Made by a program: the position numbers and the translations under genes. The notes below the pieces were generated by a model. That model made no database searches and was not told where the DNA came from. It saw only the letters and a program-made list of their open reading frames with translations. From Iphione sp. A-MEVVRFRX5 (taxonomy: Eukaryota): a DNA stretch of 64,000 bases. Where the stretch lies: contig OZ320316.1 in the NCBI GenBank assembly GCA_976226885.1, forward strand, positions 89,218,001-89,282,000. Reading direction: 5' to 3'. This document shows, in pieces, positions 50,600 to 63,550 of the stretch; the stretch's first letter is position 1; each line of letters begins with the position of its first letter.

Positions 50600-51269
50600 T
50601 TTCTCGACATGTGTGAACATGTCACGCGTTCGTGATTATCTGCAAGCACCTATGGCAAGAAAATGCAGGAAAATCAAAAGGGTTGCATTAAATCAAATGA
50701 AAGGGGGAGCAGATTTGAGATCTGTGCATGTAAACAATGGTTCTATCTTCTGATTTTCCTGTATTTTATCACTGTTTAATGGATGGACATGTTGGGCGAA
50801 AAGACGGTATGTAGCTAGACTTACCCTTCAGAAAAGCAGTGAGGAGGGGCTATTCTTGTTGAGAAACGTCAATGCCTCACCTTTTATTTCTGACTGGTAG
50901 CCTAATATAAAGTCAAAAAAACTGAGAGAGAATTGGCCTATCACCCATATTAGGGTATAATATACTGAACATATCTACAGAAATTACACTATGACCAAAC
51001 CTCTAGTAATTGGCAGAAAAAGGTTTTTAAAATCGACCTGTGTGTGACGTCAACTACCCCATTTAATTGGAGATGCTTGCGAACCAGGGGTTGCAATCAT
51101 GACAGTAATTAGTAAAACATTGGATATGAATCACCTGCGTTGGGCTATCGAAAGAGCATTTCCTGAATTGGAAATGCATATGCGAATCCCTCTAGCCACA
51201 ATGGGTGCAGGTGGCCTTTGTTATGTTTTCCTGATATGGGATCGATGGGTAGTGATCAATTGGAAATAA
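50600..51269 (+). mobile_element. Decayed PIF/Harbinger-like transposase (DDE core)
   Basis: RDYLQAP, LMDGHV (like IDG.H[IV]), RRGYS (like RKG.HS), LPHLIGDA (like P..L.GD.AY, from 51054) and HLRWAIERAFPELEMHMR (like R..IERAFG.LK.R.R). Confidence 0.5.
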
Positions 51270-52146
51270 CGACATGAAATATTTAGCATGTTATGACACT
51301 GTAGTCCTCTTGGCCGAGTGAAGAGAACTGTCTGACATCCAGCACTGACTTACTGGGATGAATATATGATTATTATCAGTGTTGAGGCTGCAACTGTCAC
51401 TCTTTTATTTACCAGTTTTGTTTTCCTTTACGAATTAACAACTGATCCCCTTGCACTGCGTCATGAAGCGAGTTGGTAAAAATGATATGGTTTCCCAAAC
51501 TACATGTTCTTTGTGAGCAGAGGACTTCCCAAGGAGAATTCGAGTGATAGAAAATCAGCAGTAGATATAACTGTTATTAAAAATATCTATGGCAATGTAA
51601 GTGAAAAGAACATCACTGGCTTTAAATAATTCTCCGTGTGTTCGGGGAGAGGTAGTGCCATGCATTTCGCATTAATATTCAATGGCGCGCTGGCAGCTTC
51701 ATCGATTACCTTTGTTCTATGGCACTGGTGGTAATAACTGGTCACAGACAGGAATCAAAATCAGTAATAATTCATGAATTATTCGACCCGTCAAATTTGA
51801 AGCGCTGTACAGAAAGCTGATATGGTGGACTCTTGAATTATCAAAATGGTAATTAATATTTTACCCTGGCAGAGGAACATTATATATCTTGACAGCTGAT
51901 ACACTGGGTCACTAATTGCCCATTTTCTATCCTTCGTTGATTTCTTCTGATTGCATTTAAACAGCATCAAAACTCAACTTGTATGCTATATCTAAAACGA
52001 CACGTGAAGAGATACTACAGAGAAACAATTTGTCAAGAAAGAGCTTCCACTTGGGCAGCTTTCTTCTGCTTGGCTTTCCTTGCGCGGTGCAGTCCTACAT
52101 TCCGCGTGTTATACACACTTCCTGATGTGATTACCAGTAATGCACT

Positions 52147-52530
52147 ATGCTCCCTATGGCAGCCAGAGCTAGCCTGACGTTGGAGCAGTATAACGACTGC
52201 GAGACACGTGTGACTGCGGCTCGAATAGGCGATGATCTGAGCCAATCATGTCATGCAGTAAGCTTAAAGACAGCCGCTGACTGCTCTATCGGCATAATCT
52301 CTACCGCAGGGCCGAGTCCTGCGGCACAAACCACTCGGATCACCAGCACCCACGGTTCGATGTTAAATGACAGTTGCTATGGAGCACGAGACATTATCCC
52401 CGCCCCACATTCATCCGATTTACCAAGGTGCAGCGCCATGTCTGACTGCAGGCCACTTTGGGTTCGTAGGCAATTCCCTATGAATTTTCTGGTGCAAGAC
52501 CCAATACCCGGATGCTTGGATCATGCTTAG
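52147..52530 (+). mobile_element. Possible mariner transposase remnant
   Basis: GSMLNDS (like LLHDNA) and DIIPAPHSSDLP (like LPHPPYSPDLAP). Weak. Confidence 0.2.
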
Positions 52531-53545
52531 ACTTACGCCGCATGCTGCCCGCGCGTGGCACAACATGTTTCCCCCTACCAATCATAGCAATAAAAAATTG
52601 CCTCCCTCTTCGGCGCCCAGTAATGCATTCCAACTCTGAGTACAGCATGAATCAAAGCAGCAGAAAGAACAAATTACGTGCTGAATTGGGATTCAAAGAC
52701 CTTGCTGATGGTCATTGGAAAATTAGGAAATGAATGATTCCAGTGATAAATTGCATCGCTTTCAACTTCCCAGGAAATAAAGATTTTTTTCTGGGGAGAA
52801 ACATGAAAATAATTTAAGCTTATAGAAAAGTTAAGATTTGTCCCATTAAACACCTCTCAGAATTTTTGTTTTGTTCCACTGACTCCCAATCCTAAATGAG
52901 GCAGCTATCCTTCACACATTGCTAATTCTCAAGGAGCGTATTGTTTCACTCGTTTTATTATTTTCAAGCCAATATTAGATGATACTTAATAGTTTGGCAG
53001 TTGGCCTCCTTTTGGCGATGTTTTATCATAAAGCAGTCGTGCGCGCTTCTACTGTTGGTGCTGCAGTTTATGTGAATGTCGGTGTGATGCATGTCATAAA
53101 GCTGACCAGGTAAATTTATCGCATGTAATCCATGCTATATTTAGTCTGTTCTAGTACCTTAGCCATACTTTTTTGCTGTTATATCCAAGAACCCCTACAT
53201 AACTTATGTTCAGAAAAAGAAAATGAATTTCAAAGATCCCATCTTAGAACCATTTAAACTCTAAAGTACAGTGGGAGCTCAAATAGTTTATACTACCGGA
53301 ATCAGATCACGATACAAAAACGTCTAAGCGACTATTTAGCAAGGCACGATGTAATAAAACAACACTGAAATAAATAAATAGAAGATCAACGCCATGTAAA
53401 CAATAATTATACGAGCATCGATTGCAACTTGTAGGGAAGCTCCCAAACCTTAGGCAATTGGTTGATTCTACTTTAGAAATATTGCAACAGGAAAGTGTGT
53501 GGAATTATATGGAGGACGCAGGGAAAGACAGACTGATATTGACAC

Positions 53546-53770
53546 ATGTGCCAATTCCTTACTAGCGTCGCCAAGGGAGACGTTTCGTGCACCTATAATG
53601 ATCACCCATCAAAACATTCAGGCGAATTCAATGTATACGACAAGGGTGGCTTACTTTGGATGCTATGTAACCATAATTGTCAATGGTACCACTCCTGCGT
53701 AACCTGGCGTGAACTAGCTTGGACAGAGCACAGTCAAAGGAGCAAAAACAAATATTTTCTAAAGAAATGA
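53546..53770 (+). pseudogene. PHD-finger-like remnant
   Basis: SCTYND...LLWMLCNHNCQWYHSCV, like C..C...WI.CD.C..WYH..CV. The final CxxC is absent. Confidence 0.4.
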
Positions 53771-53917
53771 TTACAGAGTAAGCACGTGATGGTAATATGT
53801 CCCAGTACACTCGCCGTCTGCTTGGAGAAAAGTGTGCCTGCTGAAGCAGAGTATTATATACCGCGACATGACAACGCGACGAGTCTCCAGACTCCAGGAA
53901 ATGAGACCGCGGTATGA

Positions 53918-54200
53918 TTATATACCTGTTGAATCGGCGACGTTTCTATTATTTGTGCACAACTTCCTCCTGTGTACTACCATTGTTTGTGTGCTAGTTC
54001 TTTTTTTTCGCATAAGTTCGACTTGTGTACTAGTTGCCTGTGTACACGGTCCAGGTCGGAGGGCCCAGTAATGAGTAAGCATGCTAATGGCTGCCAAGAA
54101 CACTTCGGCAGTATACGTGCTTTCAAATTGAAACTGCATCCATTTCACTCTCTTTCTTCGACGTCATCGTGTCTTTTCCGATGGCACTCAACGTGACCGT
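53918..54200 (-). mobile_element. Possible hAT transposase remnant
   Basis: YTVTLSAIGKD (like Y.SVT.H.ID.DW) and FESTYTAEVFLAAI..LTHYWAL (like F..SHT.E.I...L...L..W.L). Confidence 0.3.
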
Positions 54201-57032
54201 GTAGAGCTATACAGGCTGTCTGTAGTTGATGCCAGGCTACATGTAACGTGTGATCTGAATAACAAGAGCATGCAACATTCTCTAATACATAGGTACAGTA
54301 GCCTCCTTGGCTATCTCCAACATGTTGTCAATGCCTCCTTCCTGTTTAGGAAAGTGAAAATTTCTATGGATATTTGCAGTAGTCCAGTCTAGTTGTACAT
54401 GGATCCACCCGCATTGCCAGGCAAAGCTGCTGGACGACCTGCAGTTTTTTCATAAAAACCTGTTTGGCTTCTACTTCAGAAGATCACCATTAAGTCACTA
54501 AGGGATATGTATGCTGTAATCCTTTCTCTTACACTTGTACTTAGATGGTCGTGATCTCGCCACTGAAATACAATAAAAGAATAACAGAAGCGCCTGATCC
54601 CGCGATTCTTTTCTTTCAGCAGACACCAATATTTAATGTTTGTATCTTTGTCCTGGGATCTGCTCCAAATGACCTTATTGTTTGGAGGGTGTGGTTCCCG
54701 GAAACGCCGCCTGAGGCAATGGCGACACCACTGTAAAGACGGCGACGGAGTAAAGGGACCAGAAGTGCATTTGGCCCTAATTGATCAGCTATAAGATTGA
54801 ACCAAAGTAGCTTCGCAAGTGGGAAAGGTTTTCTTTTTTCCGGTACATGTATTTTTCTATTTCTTTATATACCTGTTCAGCACAGTTTTAAACAGTTTCT
54901 CCTGTACTCCCCCTCAGTTGCCTTTGAAGGCTGAATATTCTGCTACGTCAGTCAAAGCAATAAGTGGTTGATTAGTTTTGCGGACCCAAAAGATCACTCC
55001 ACATTATGTATTATGCATAGTTGTCACGGGGAAAATGCTATCATTTTCCTTCATGAATGTCGCCGTTATGCTGGTGATACTTGTCATAAGTGGACCTCAA
55101 GTTCATTCTGCTTTTGCATTGAACACTCTTCCTTTGGCCGATTTTGTCCTTTAGATTCACATCGGTTTAAAATCTAGTCCTTAAAAGGTGTCTTTATTAG
55201 TTGTTTCTCGTTTTCAGACCGTCACATATGCAGTCCCAGATACATGGTGTTCAATGTAACTTGCATAGTTGTAAAGTTGAAGTAAAACTTGTTTTACATT
55301 GCATTCGTATGGCTATGAGGAAACAACTGTCTTCTGTTGCATTGAACAAGTTAAAGATGCTGGTTTATATTGTCATTTATCCTATAAGCAGGAAACTATG
55401 TGCCTGCAAATGAATGGAACCTCATCTCCGGAAATGCATACCCATATATCTGTCTATAGATGTCTTTTTGTGGTATATTGCAAAGGAGCAAAAGCATCGC
55501 TTCGTTCTAGAGGTAAGTACTTCCTGTAGGTTGAACGGGCCTTTGTTCTGGATAATACACCTGTAAATAAAACTATCACAGAAGCTTTTGTTACGCTGGT
55601 TTGAGATGTTAGAAAGATACATTTTCTTTTTATTAAACTCTGATATTATCATATCTTTCTTTGCTTTTGCCCTCCACTGACCACATTTAATATCGATTAT
55701 ACGAAGTTGATTATATGATCGTATGATCGCTTCCACTCAGGAAATATCATAGGCACATGGCAAATATATTGCTGTGCTACTACAATGTGAAGCCTTTATA
55801 AAATAAGCATCACGATTTGCTTTCGTCCAGTTCTTTACCTACATGTTTACTAGTGTTGCTAACTTTAATCTTGATCATTTCAATTACTTTCCAACGTTAA
55901 CTTTCATCATAAACTTCAGGGGAGTAGACTTTGAACGAATTTCGGTTCAATGATATGTTTAACTTAGCAAATGAAAATTTGAACTGAGGGAAAATTAGAG
56001 AAATTACTACTTACTAAAAGGAATTAGAAAAAACAGTTCACTCATTTATTCTTTTGTTTATCTTAACATTCAGTTTCTCTCAGCTCTGCTTCTGTTTTGT
56101 CCTGTGGTAACATGCTACTTGTTACTGGAAATTTAGAGAACGTATTATCTGGTGCCATTCTCTATTCTTTTTTGAACAAGTTTCTGAGTTAGTTTTGTAC
56201 ATAGAGTATAGATTCCTAGACATCTATGGCTTTTGTGATAAGTTGGGGACTGTTCTTTGTTTGGCCTGTTTCAGTAAACCTGTCTTATCATGATCAAGAC
56301 TCGCAGGCCCTGGTTCACACTAGCATGATCTAAATCCTCTAGATGAGTGGACCAGTTGTAGCAAGCAGTCTTCCTAATTGAGGTACCTCTCCATCCACTG
56401 TAACCTAAATATGCCATTTCTACAGTGCTCATGTTTATTAGAAGGTATTTATAATCATCATCTTAGCACCCTGCTTAGCCTAAAATCCTGTTCAGTTTTT
56501 TGAGCTAGAATAGCTATTCTAGAAGAAGTGCTCTCTTAATCTTCCTCCGTGTTCTGTTCGATTAAAGCTTTATAGTTTCTACAATACCCCGGTAGGAAAT
56601 AAGATTTTGTTTCAAGACTCATTCCATCGCTTACGTGTCTCTAGCAATATGTAAATAAGCAATTGTATTCAAATCTTCTCTCATAATGACACGTTTTTGT
56701 GCCGATGGGGCAAAGATACAAAGCACAGACTAGCAATAGTTTTGAGTTTCGGCTCAACAGACACTGTCTGGTGCATGTGTTCTTTATGTTTCTATAATGG
56801 CGCTTTTCACAGGATCGAGTCGTATTTCCGTTCACGGTAAAAGCATGTAAAATATGTGTTCCTAGATAGGCAGGCATTTGTGGCGCATGTTCCGTTTTTA
56901 CCTTGCCATCACATACCACCTTATACCATTACTAAAATAGACGTACAGCTCTCATAGCCAAAGGCAAATCTGTGGTGTGTAGAAGGTTCTACCCTGCACG
57001 CAATCATGGTAACAGTAAAAGAGAAGACCTAT

Positions 57033-57652
57033 TTACTCATGCTTTATAAAATCTAGCTCCTTATATTCGAGCTCTATATGAGCTATTGTAGTAGAGTGTT
57101 TACTGTTCGCGGTTTGAGCAGCGATAGCGTCACTGTATAAACCGGGCACATTACGGTCCATACCGCATTGCCTCAGAGACACCCAGAAGGCAATCAATTC
57201 CATGCCGGACCGAATACGGTATGATAAGAATCGGCGATGAATGGAGGTCTTGGCCGGCCAACCATCGCCTGGGCCAGTCCTGTTAGCCCTTATATTGATA
57301 TTGTATTTAGGCCAGGAAGACATCAATTCTTCATTTCCTGTCTTGTGGACTGTCTCACACTCACTGCGCCAGGCACGAATATGGCGTATGTAAAATATGA
57401 TCGCCCGTCGCTAAATGATAATAATAGACTATCTGAGACTTTGTTAAAAGGGAGAGTGCTGGCCCCAAGTGTCCCTGCATTCCCATGGCAGCTCTTTCCA
57501 TTCTGTTCGACCGTAAGGGATTTCTGAGTTATCATCCCGTCATTGAAGGTCCCTAGTGTGTTCGTTGATTGGTCCAGTCTTGTGAAGCAGGGGTCACAAC
57601 CCTTGCATACCGCTACCAATGGGAAGCCCTCAATCACACAGGCCGACATCAC
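57033..57652 (-). mobile_element. Decayed RTE-like non-LTR RT (domains 1-3)
   Basis: GMITQKSL..NGKSCHGNAGTLGASTLPFNKVSDSLLL (like G.I.PL.KKG...C.NYRGI.LLS..GKV...ILL), IFVPGAVSVRQ (like GFRPGRS..DQ) and AFWVSLRQCGM...LYSDAIAAQTANSKHS (like LW..LR..G....LY....A.V..NG..S). Confidence 0.55.
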
Positions 57653-58820
57653 AGACGTGTAGGCAGGCTCAATGCTGATGTATAGTGACCGGACCCTCGC
57701 TAGCCCCCCCCCCCCTTTCTTTCTCCACTAGGCAAATAGTCATTCATTCCCCCCGTTGGCCTTAAAACACCAAAACCGGTTTGTTTTAGAGCGGTATATG
57801 ACTTGCCTTTCTTCCTGAGAAACATCTGGTAGTGTACCGCCCAGTGTGGCGATGGATAGGGTATCAAATCTTCTGTACCAACTGGTATTTACGTGCTTGT
57901 GCGTGAAATATCTAACACGCTTTGTCTGTCAAAAATAGTATCGGATGCTCTATCTGTTCCTGCAACGTCAACCTTACTAATGTTTCGGTGACTTTGTTCC
58001 GCCCATTTACCTTGTAAGCAGTATATAAAAATTCACTCTGTAAACAGGCCTGACCCCGACCTTCCAAGTTGACGCAGACAGAACACGCATTGAGTCGATG
58101 ACGATAAAATGATAGATCAACCTATAATTGAATGCACAAATATACCACTGCGAGCCCGTTCAGACGATAGTTTGGACAATACCCTGGCTGTTTTTATTCC
58201 CCACCCCGGCTATAAGCGAAGGAGAGCTTCTTGCCTATTAGAGTGGGACCTCTTTTCCGAGTCGCCCCTCTGTGTGCGGTGCGCTGATAATGTCTAGTTC
58301 TGCGCCAGTCCCCAACGCCGATGCCTCTATTGGTTGATAGGGGTAAAAAAAGAAGCTGTCTTCCTTTGGGCCTTAAGTACTAACAACCGAACTACGTAGA
58401 CGTTCTCCAGATACATGTAGATGGGAGACTCGAAATTAAGGCACCCATAAACCCGTGTAACTCTAACGTTTCTCTGCATTAACCTTTCATGTTCTCGATC
58501 GAAAGTCGCACATAACCACATACTAGATCGTGTGACCCAATTTTGGAAGTGAATAAGTGCGATATTCCGACAGTGGAGAATCTCTTTCTGTCCATCTTTA
58601 ACTGTCTGTCTGTTTGTATCTCTATCTTTATCTTTGTCTTCTATTCCCTCTTTCCCTCATTCAAGGTTCACCATTTCAAGTGTATTAATGGCCGAGCTGA
58701 CTGGTCCTCTCAAAATCGTCCAGTACACTATCGGGTCTATCCGTCCTGCCTGGCTGATTCTACCCCCTGTCACCTTTTCTCTTTCTCTCTCACTCTTTCA
58801 CTCTGTTTCTTTCCTCTCTC

Positions 58821-58833
58821 TGTGTGTGTGTGT

Positions 58834-58880
<47 letters not shown>
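58821..58880. repeat. Compound microsatellite (TG)8(TC)22
   Basis: Read directly: TG repeats at 58821-58836 and TC repeats at 58837-58880, in a CT-rich context. Confidence 0.98.
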
Positions 58881-58884
<4 letters not shown>

Positions 58885-59689
58885 AGTCATTTCCTCTCTC
58901 CCTATTTACAGATGTATATGCTACCTTAACCAAAATATACATATACATATAATTGAAAACCACCAAGCACTTCATCCGTACCATGTGAAAGCTAGTTTAC
59001 AGTTTCTCGTTAAAAACGGTTCACTTTAGATGGCAATGGCTCGTAACGCCGGTCCGAAATGTGTTGCAGGCTGAGGGCGTCTGTGAATATAATTATCACG
59101 TTGCAACACAGGCAGCCTAGGTGAATGCATCACGTATACTTTACTGCACTCGCGGACGGGGCACTGTGACTTGATAGGCATCTGCCGGTGACTGAATGCC
59201 TCCGGGAAGGGACGGAGCGTGTGTCCGCACGCAAGACCGTGCCATTACAGTGTTGATACCTTCTGCTGCAGGTTACATCAGCCTCACACATACAGCTTTG
59301 ATGCGACTGCAAAGGATATTACGCATCGGCACTTGCTTGCCCTCTAAGTGTATCCCGCTCGAAAAACCGGTGAAAACTATAGGAATGATATGAGATACAA
59401 CGTTGACCGTACTTGGAATTTGCTACATGCGCGAGAACTCGTCGTACATGTTTAATTCTGTACAAATTGAGTTGAGATCAGATATATTACATATAATTTG
59501 TTTATACTTTCAACTCAATTGGTATACACCTGAGACGTTGAAATGAACATCATAGTTATTATAGATAAAATAAACATTTAACACTCTGTCCAGATCGGAA
59601 ACCTGTAACACTGTTTAATCCCTTCTGGCTGTCAGGCTGGTTGCAAATTACTGCTCAGCTGGTAACCTTATCTTCTGAGATACATACAT

Positions 59690-60079
59690 AGAGGCGTCAC
59701 ATCACACGAATGGATTAAATGGGTATTCTCGTTGAAAGTGCATCGAATGTAAGGTATTATGATTGTGCTATACTTGGAAGTTCATACAATTCCTATACAT
59801 TTCTTGCAAAACGATATATCGGATATCAATTATTCACGTGTATATCTCTATGATATACGACAGTATGCTGATATATACCCGAGCGCAGAGATCTGTCAAT
59901 GTTATTTTGGAAAAGAGATCTGCTTTAATAAAAGTGAAACCTATCCAGCGTATCGTAGTCAACTGGTCCCAAACAGTATACTCATATTTACATCACGTGG
60001 ACACCTCCATTTCTATCTACAACTGAGAAGGCAAATTACATTTAGATGTATAGTCAAATGTCAACCTGACCGGACCTGA
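59690..60079 (+). mobile_element. Decayed L1/Tx1-like RT domain 4-6 remnant
   Basis: IPIHFLQNDISDIN...DIRQYADIY (like EPL...IR.N..IKGI...ISQYADD) and ICFNKSET (like LKINKSKSE). Confidence 0.4.
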
Positions 60080-60929
60080 AGAATATAAGAGGACAAACGA
60101 AATTATTCCCCATCATTATCCGATCGTTCATCATTTTTCTTTACTGGAAATATGTACAAAAGCACAATTCGAATACCACCGACTAATACTCATAATTTGA
60201 GAATACCCGACGCCAAATAGAAGTGTGCATCTTGGTCGCCCCCGCTAGCTAAATGAATGATTCTTGGATAAGTGGCAGCATACACTATTCGCATGTGCTC
60301 AAATAGGCACAAATGAAAGACACGTCTATAGGAGAAGACCTATTAGCGAAGATAAAACAGTCTCCTCCAGATTCCATTTGAAAAATATAAAAGGTTTTTA
60401 CCCAATATCTAAGGAAGACAAGAGTGTACGGTAAAACAATCACATAAATTGTTTCCAAATGCTATTGTCCGAAATGGTTGGAACGAAGACCTCAGTAAAC
60501 TCGATGGAGATTTCGAAAAAATGCATATTCTATTCTATGCTGTTCTAAATAAAAGTACACGTGTATAAACATTGTTACTGCGAACGTCACGTTTGGCTGA
60601 TGGCGGAGAAACAACACTATTTAAGAATGAACCCCAAATCCTTCTGGTAGAAATTTAAGCGTGCATGGAACAGGTCAGATGTGGCTTCTTAAAGAGGTAT
60701 ATAAAGCACATCAAAATAACTGAACATGATCTTAACAGAGCGTATTCAGTTTATTTTGTATGTTCGGTCACTCAGAGAAGGTCACATATGCTTAGTTCTC
60801 TTTGCCCAATCCCAGCAATTTTAGCAAATACATGTAGTAGAAGATGTGTGCGTACTTCATGTGCAGAACTTCGACAACTCATGCTATTTTAAACTCAGTT
60901 CATTTTCATTTCGCTTCATCACCAATGCA

Positions 60930-61614
60930 TGAGAATATGTGCCACCTTGAACACATTGGGGCCCCCAGGTTTGTTCATGGGTATACTAAAGATATGAGGT
61001 GAACACTGATTATGGTAGCTCTTGTGGTTTCATTCGATGTAATGTAAGTTACTGAGCGTGATACGAGTGTCTAAAGTATCTAAACATGGGATAATGCTAG
61101 GCAGATTTGGTATGCGTTGGTTATGACACGGTATATTGTATGATTTGCTGAAGGCATGATTTGGATATGATATGAATCAGACCACATCCATATGGGCTCT
61201 TACGAGATTCATGCCAACACCTACTGACTCCTTAATCAGCTCTATCACCAATTCGCACCTTCCCGCCAGAGTGTCTTTCACGATCCAAACATGTTAAGGG
61301 TAAGTCTCATGCGTGAAAATCTTGACGCCAGTAGAGTAGTTAACAATCAAATGACACGCATATCTGGACTGGAGCATTGCAAAGGCATATAAGGCTACCA
61401 CGGTCTGGGCCTCAGGCGTAAAGCTGAACTCTGTACAAGGTTCTGTTAAGGCTGATCTGGAGTATGAAGTGTCGGACAAGGAAGCCCCATGACGACGCAC
61501 GGCATCAACATCCACCAGCAGTCGCTGGAAAGTACTGCTTCCCCCTGCAATCAAAGTAACACGCGAAAGCCTCGGCCGCTCTGTGTATAAGAGATACGAT
61601 ATATACAGGAACAC
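60930..61614 (-). mobile_element. Decayed Penelope-like RT
   Basis: Single minus frame with about 3 stops: LLVDVDAV (like LVSFDV.SL), SLSDTSYSRSAL, CTEFSF (like TTYFSF), AFAM...ACHL (like G.AMGSP..ANL), WIVKDTL (like W.RYVDDTF), IPCLDTL (like LPFLDTL) and KSYHNQ (like KPTHTDQ). Confidence 0.55.
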
Positions 61615-63449
61615 GCAAATGCTATGAGATAGATCGTGGTGTTAAAATCGAAATAATACCTCAAACAAATATCTCGCTAATAAACACTCTATTTTTCTGA
61701 AGGGTCAGATCCCCATTGGCCGTAGACAAGAAGTACATGGTACGAACAGGAAACGTTTCTTTGAAAGTATATCAGCGTTTACTATGCTCATCACAAAACA
61801 ATATCAGCTCGTGGGTCGTTATACGCCTCTGAACCCTGTTAGCTGCTATAGGCTAAAAAAAACTACTGCAGGAAGCCGGGCGGCACAGCATTCGATAGTG
61901 TGCAACAGAGACAATTAGACAGCCCGAGAGCCCCTCAATACGTGGAGAAAGCTAGAAATGGTTAGGGAATCCATAGGGACTGGGGAGGGGGGAGATTAAA
62001 ACAGATGCATGTATGTATTGTCAAGGTTAGGGTGTCAACCGACTCACGCCTGCCCAGCAGAGGTGGAAGAACCACCATAGTCACCATGTTATTTCTAGAC
62101 ACCCAGCACAAGGCAAATAATATACTTGTGCAGCAGTTTGCCGTAGAAGTGCCTGGCATAGATCTGAGCTCTTCCGAGGGGTTTTGGTGGAAAAAGCCCT
62201 ACAGCCAGCTGGTCTTGCAGTTCGCTAAAGGAAGCGTGCCTTCACTGCTATGAGCACCCAGCAAATGCATAACGATTTGTCTGTTGGCACAGAAATGTTC
62301 ATGTAAGAAGAATGTAAGATGCGTCAGTAGCCTAACTTGAAAGCTTAAGAGAACTATGCACTTTGTACCCAACCAAATAGAACCACAGTAACATCAAAGG
62401 TTCAAGGAATCATCCCTATTTCTGCCCAGCAAACTTATGGTGCAACAAACTTATGGTGAATGATCGAGTTAACTGATAAGTCTGGCAATGCGACACAGAA
62501 TTACAACACCAAAAATCTATGACATTAGGTGGGCAAGAGAGGAGGAAGTCACATGCGTGGTCAAAAATAATCGTAATAATAGTATAATTTTGCGCCCAAC
62601 CTACATTCGAAATAAACATTTTTCACTTTTGTCTTTGGTCAAAACATGGACACGTAAGTAATATAACTAAAATGCCCCATAGACCACAATGACATTTTGC
62701 ATACAACTGTAGTTTAATGCCTCAATTATCCTAGAGATGATCGGTGACCCTTTATTCCTCTTGCGGCAACTTAAGTCACAGCCGAGCTAACAATCGACAT
62801 CACATACTGGACACGTAAAAGACGTCAGCAGCTGTAATTAAATACACTGTTGTACGGAAGTCATCATCTCCACATACACCACCACCTCAGCAAATTTAAT
62901 GTCGTTGGCAGGTTCCCTGAAAAAACATATAGCTGTGTACATGTACATGAGGGACTCGCACAAAAACGTTTCGGTATATACAATAATCAGGTTTTCTTAG
63001 GAACATTTGTGATTCTAATATATGATCTGCCGCTAGTTGAAAAATCCCGAGCAACATGATTATCTAGGCAGAAAGGAAAACAGAGATAAAACTCCCCATC
63101 ACAGAATGGCTATTAGAACCCTGGCTATCATGACTATAATGACTGCACGACAAAACGTATACTTTTTTTTTTAATCTTACATCTGAGGGTGTATTATTGT
63201 GATGTATCTTTTATGCGAAATCACTAAATCCATGGTAGAACTTCGTATCACCTGATAAAACTAGTTGTTTTAACTCAATGCAATGTCTGTATTTATTGGC
63301 CTTTGTAGTAGACTTTGAAGACCGATTTTGTAACACCTTCTGTGTGTCACGTATTAGAAAATATTTTCATGTCACGATGGTCTAAGGAACAATTTGATGT
63401 ATTTGATGAGTTTGTAATTTTGGTTCTGACCTCAGAATGGTTTGAATAG

Positions 63450-63550
63450 GGAGTGGTCCTATTAGAGAGGGGTATTCATGTACATGTATGTGATTCTGTT
63501 CCTTCAAAATAGTCATATTGGGTAGGTGGTCCGGTTAGAGAGGTGGTTAC
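63450..63550. repeat. Paired GTGGTCC..TTAGAGAGG motifs, probable MITE end remnant
   Basis: GTGGTCCTATTAGAGAGG (about 63454) and GTGGTCCGGTTAGAGAGG (about 63526). These resemble subterminal repeats of CAGT-ended pogo-type MITEs. No partner end found. Confidence 0.3.

Noticed and set aside
58543-59029. 128- and 131-aa ORFs as genes
   Set aside because: They are open mainly because they run through the stop-free (TG)n(TC)n microsatellite and CT-rich tract.
61962-62253. CRE-clade RT fragment
   Set aside because: QLAVG... similarity only, with no supporting motifs.
62850-63059. C2H2 zinc-finger exon
   Set aside because: PEKTYSC resembles the TGEKPY linker, but the CxxC and HxxxH spacing is absent.
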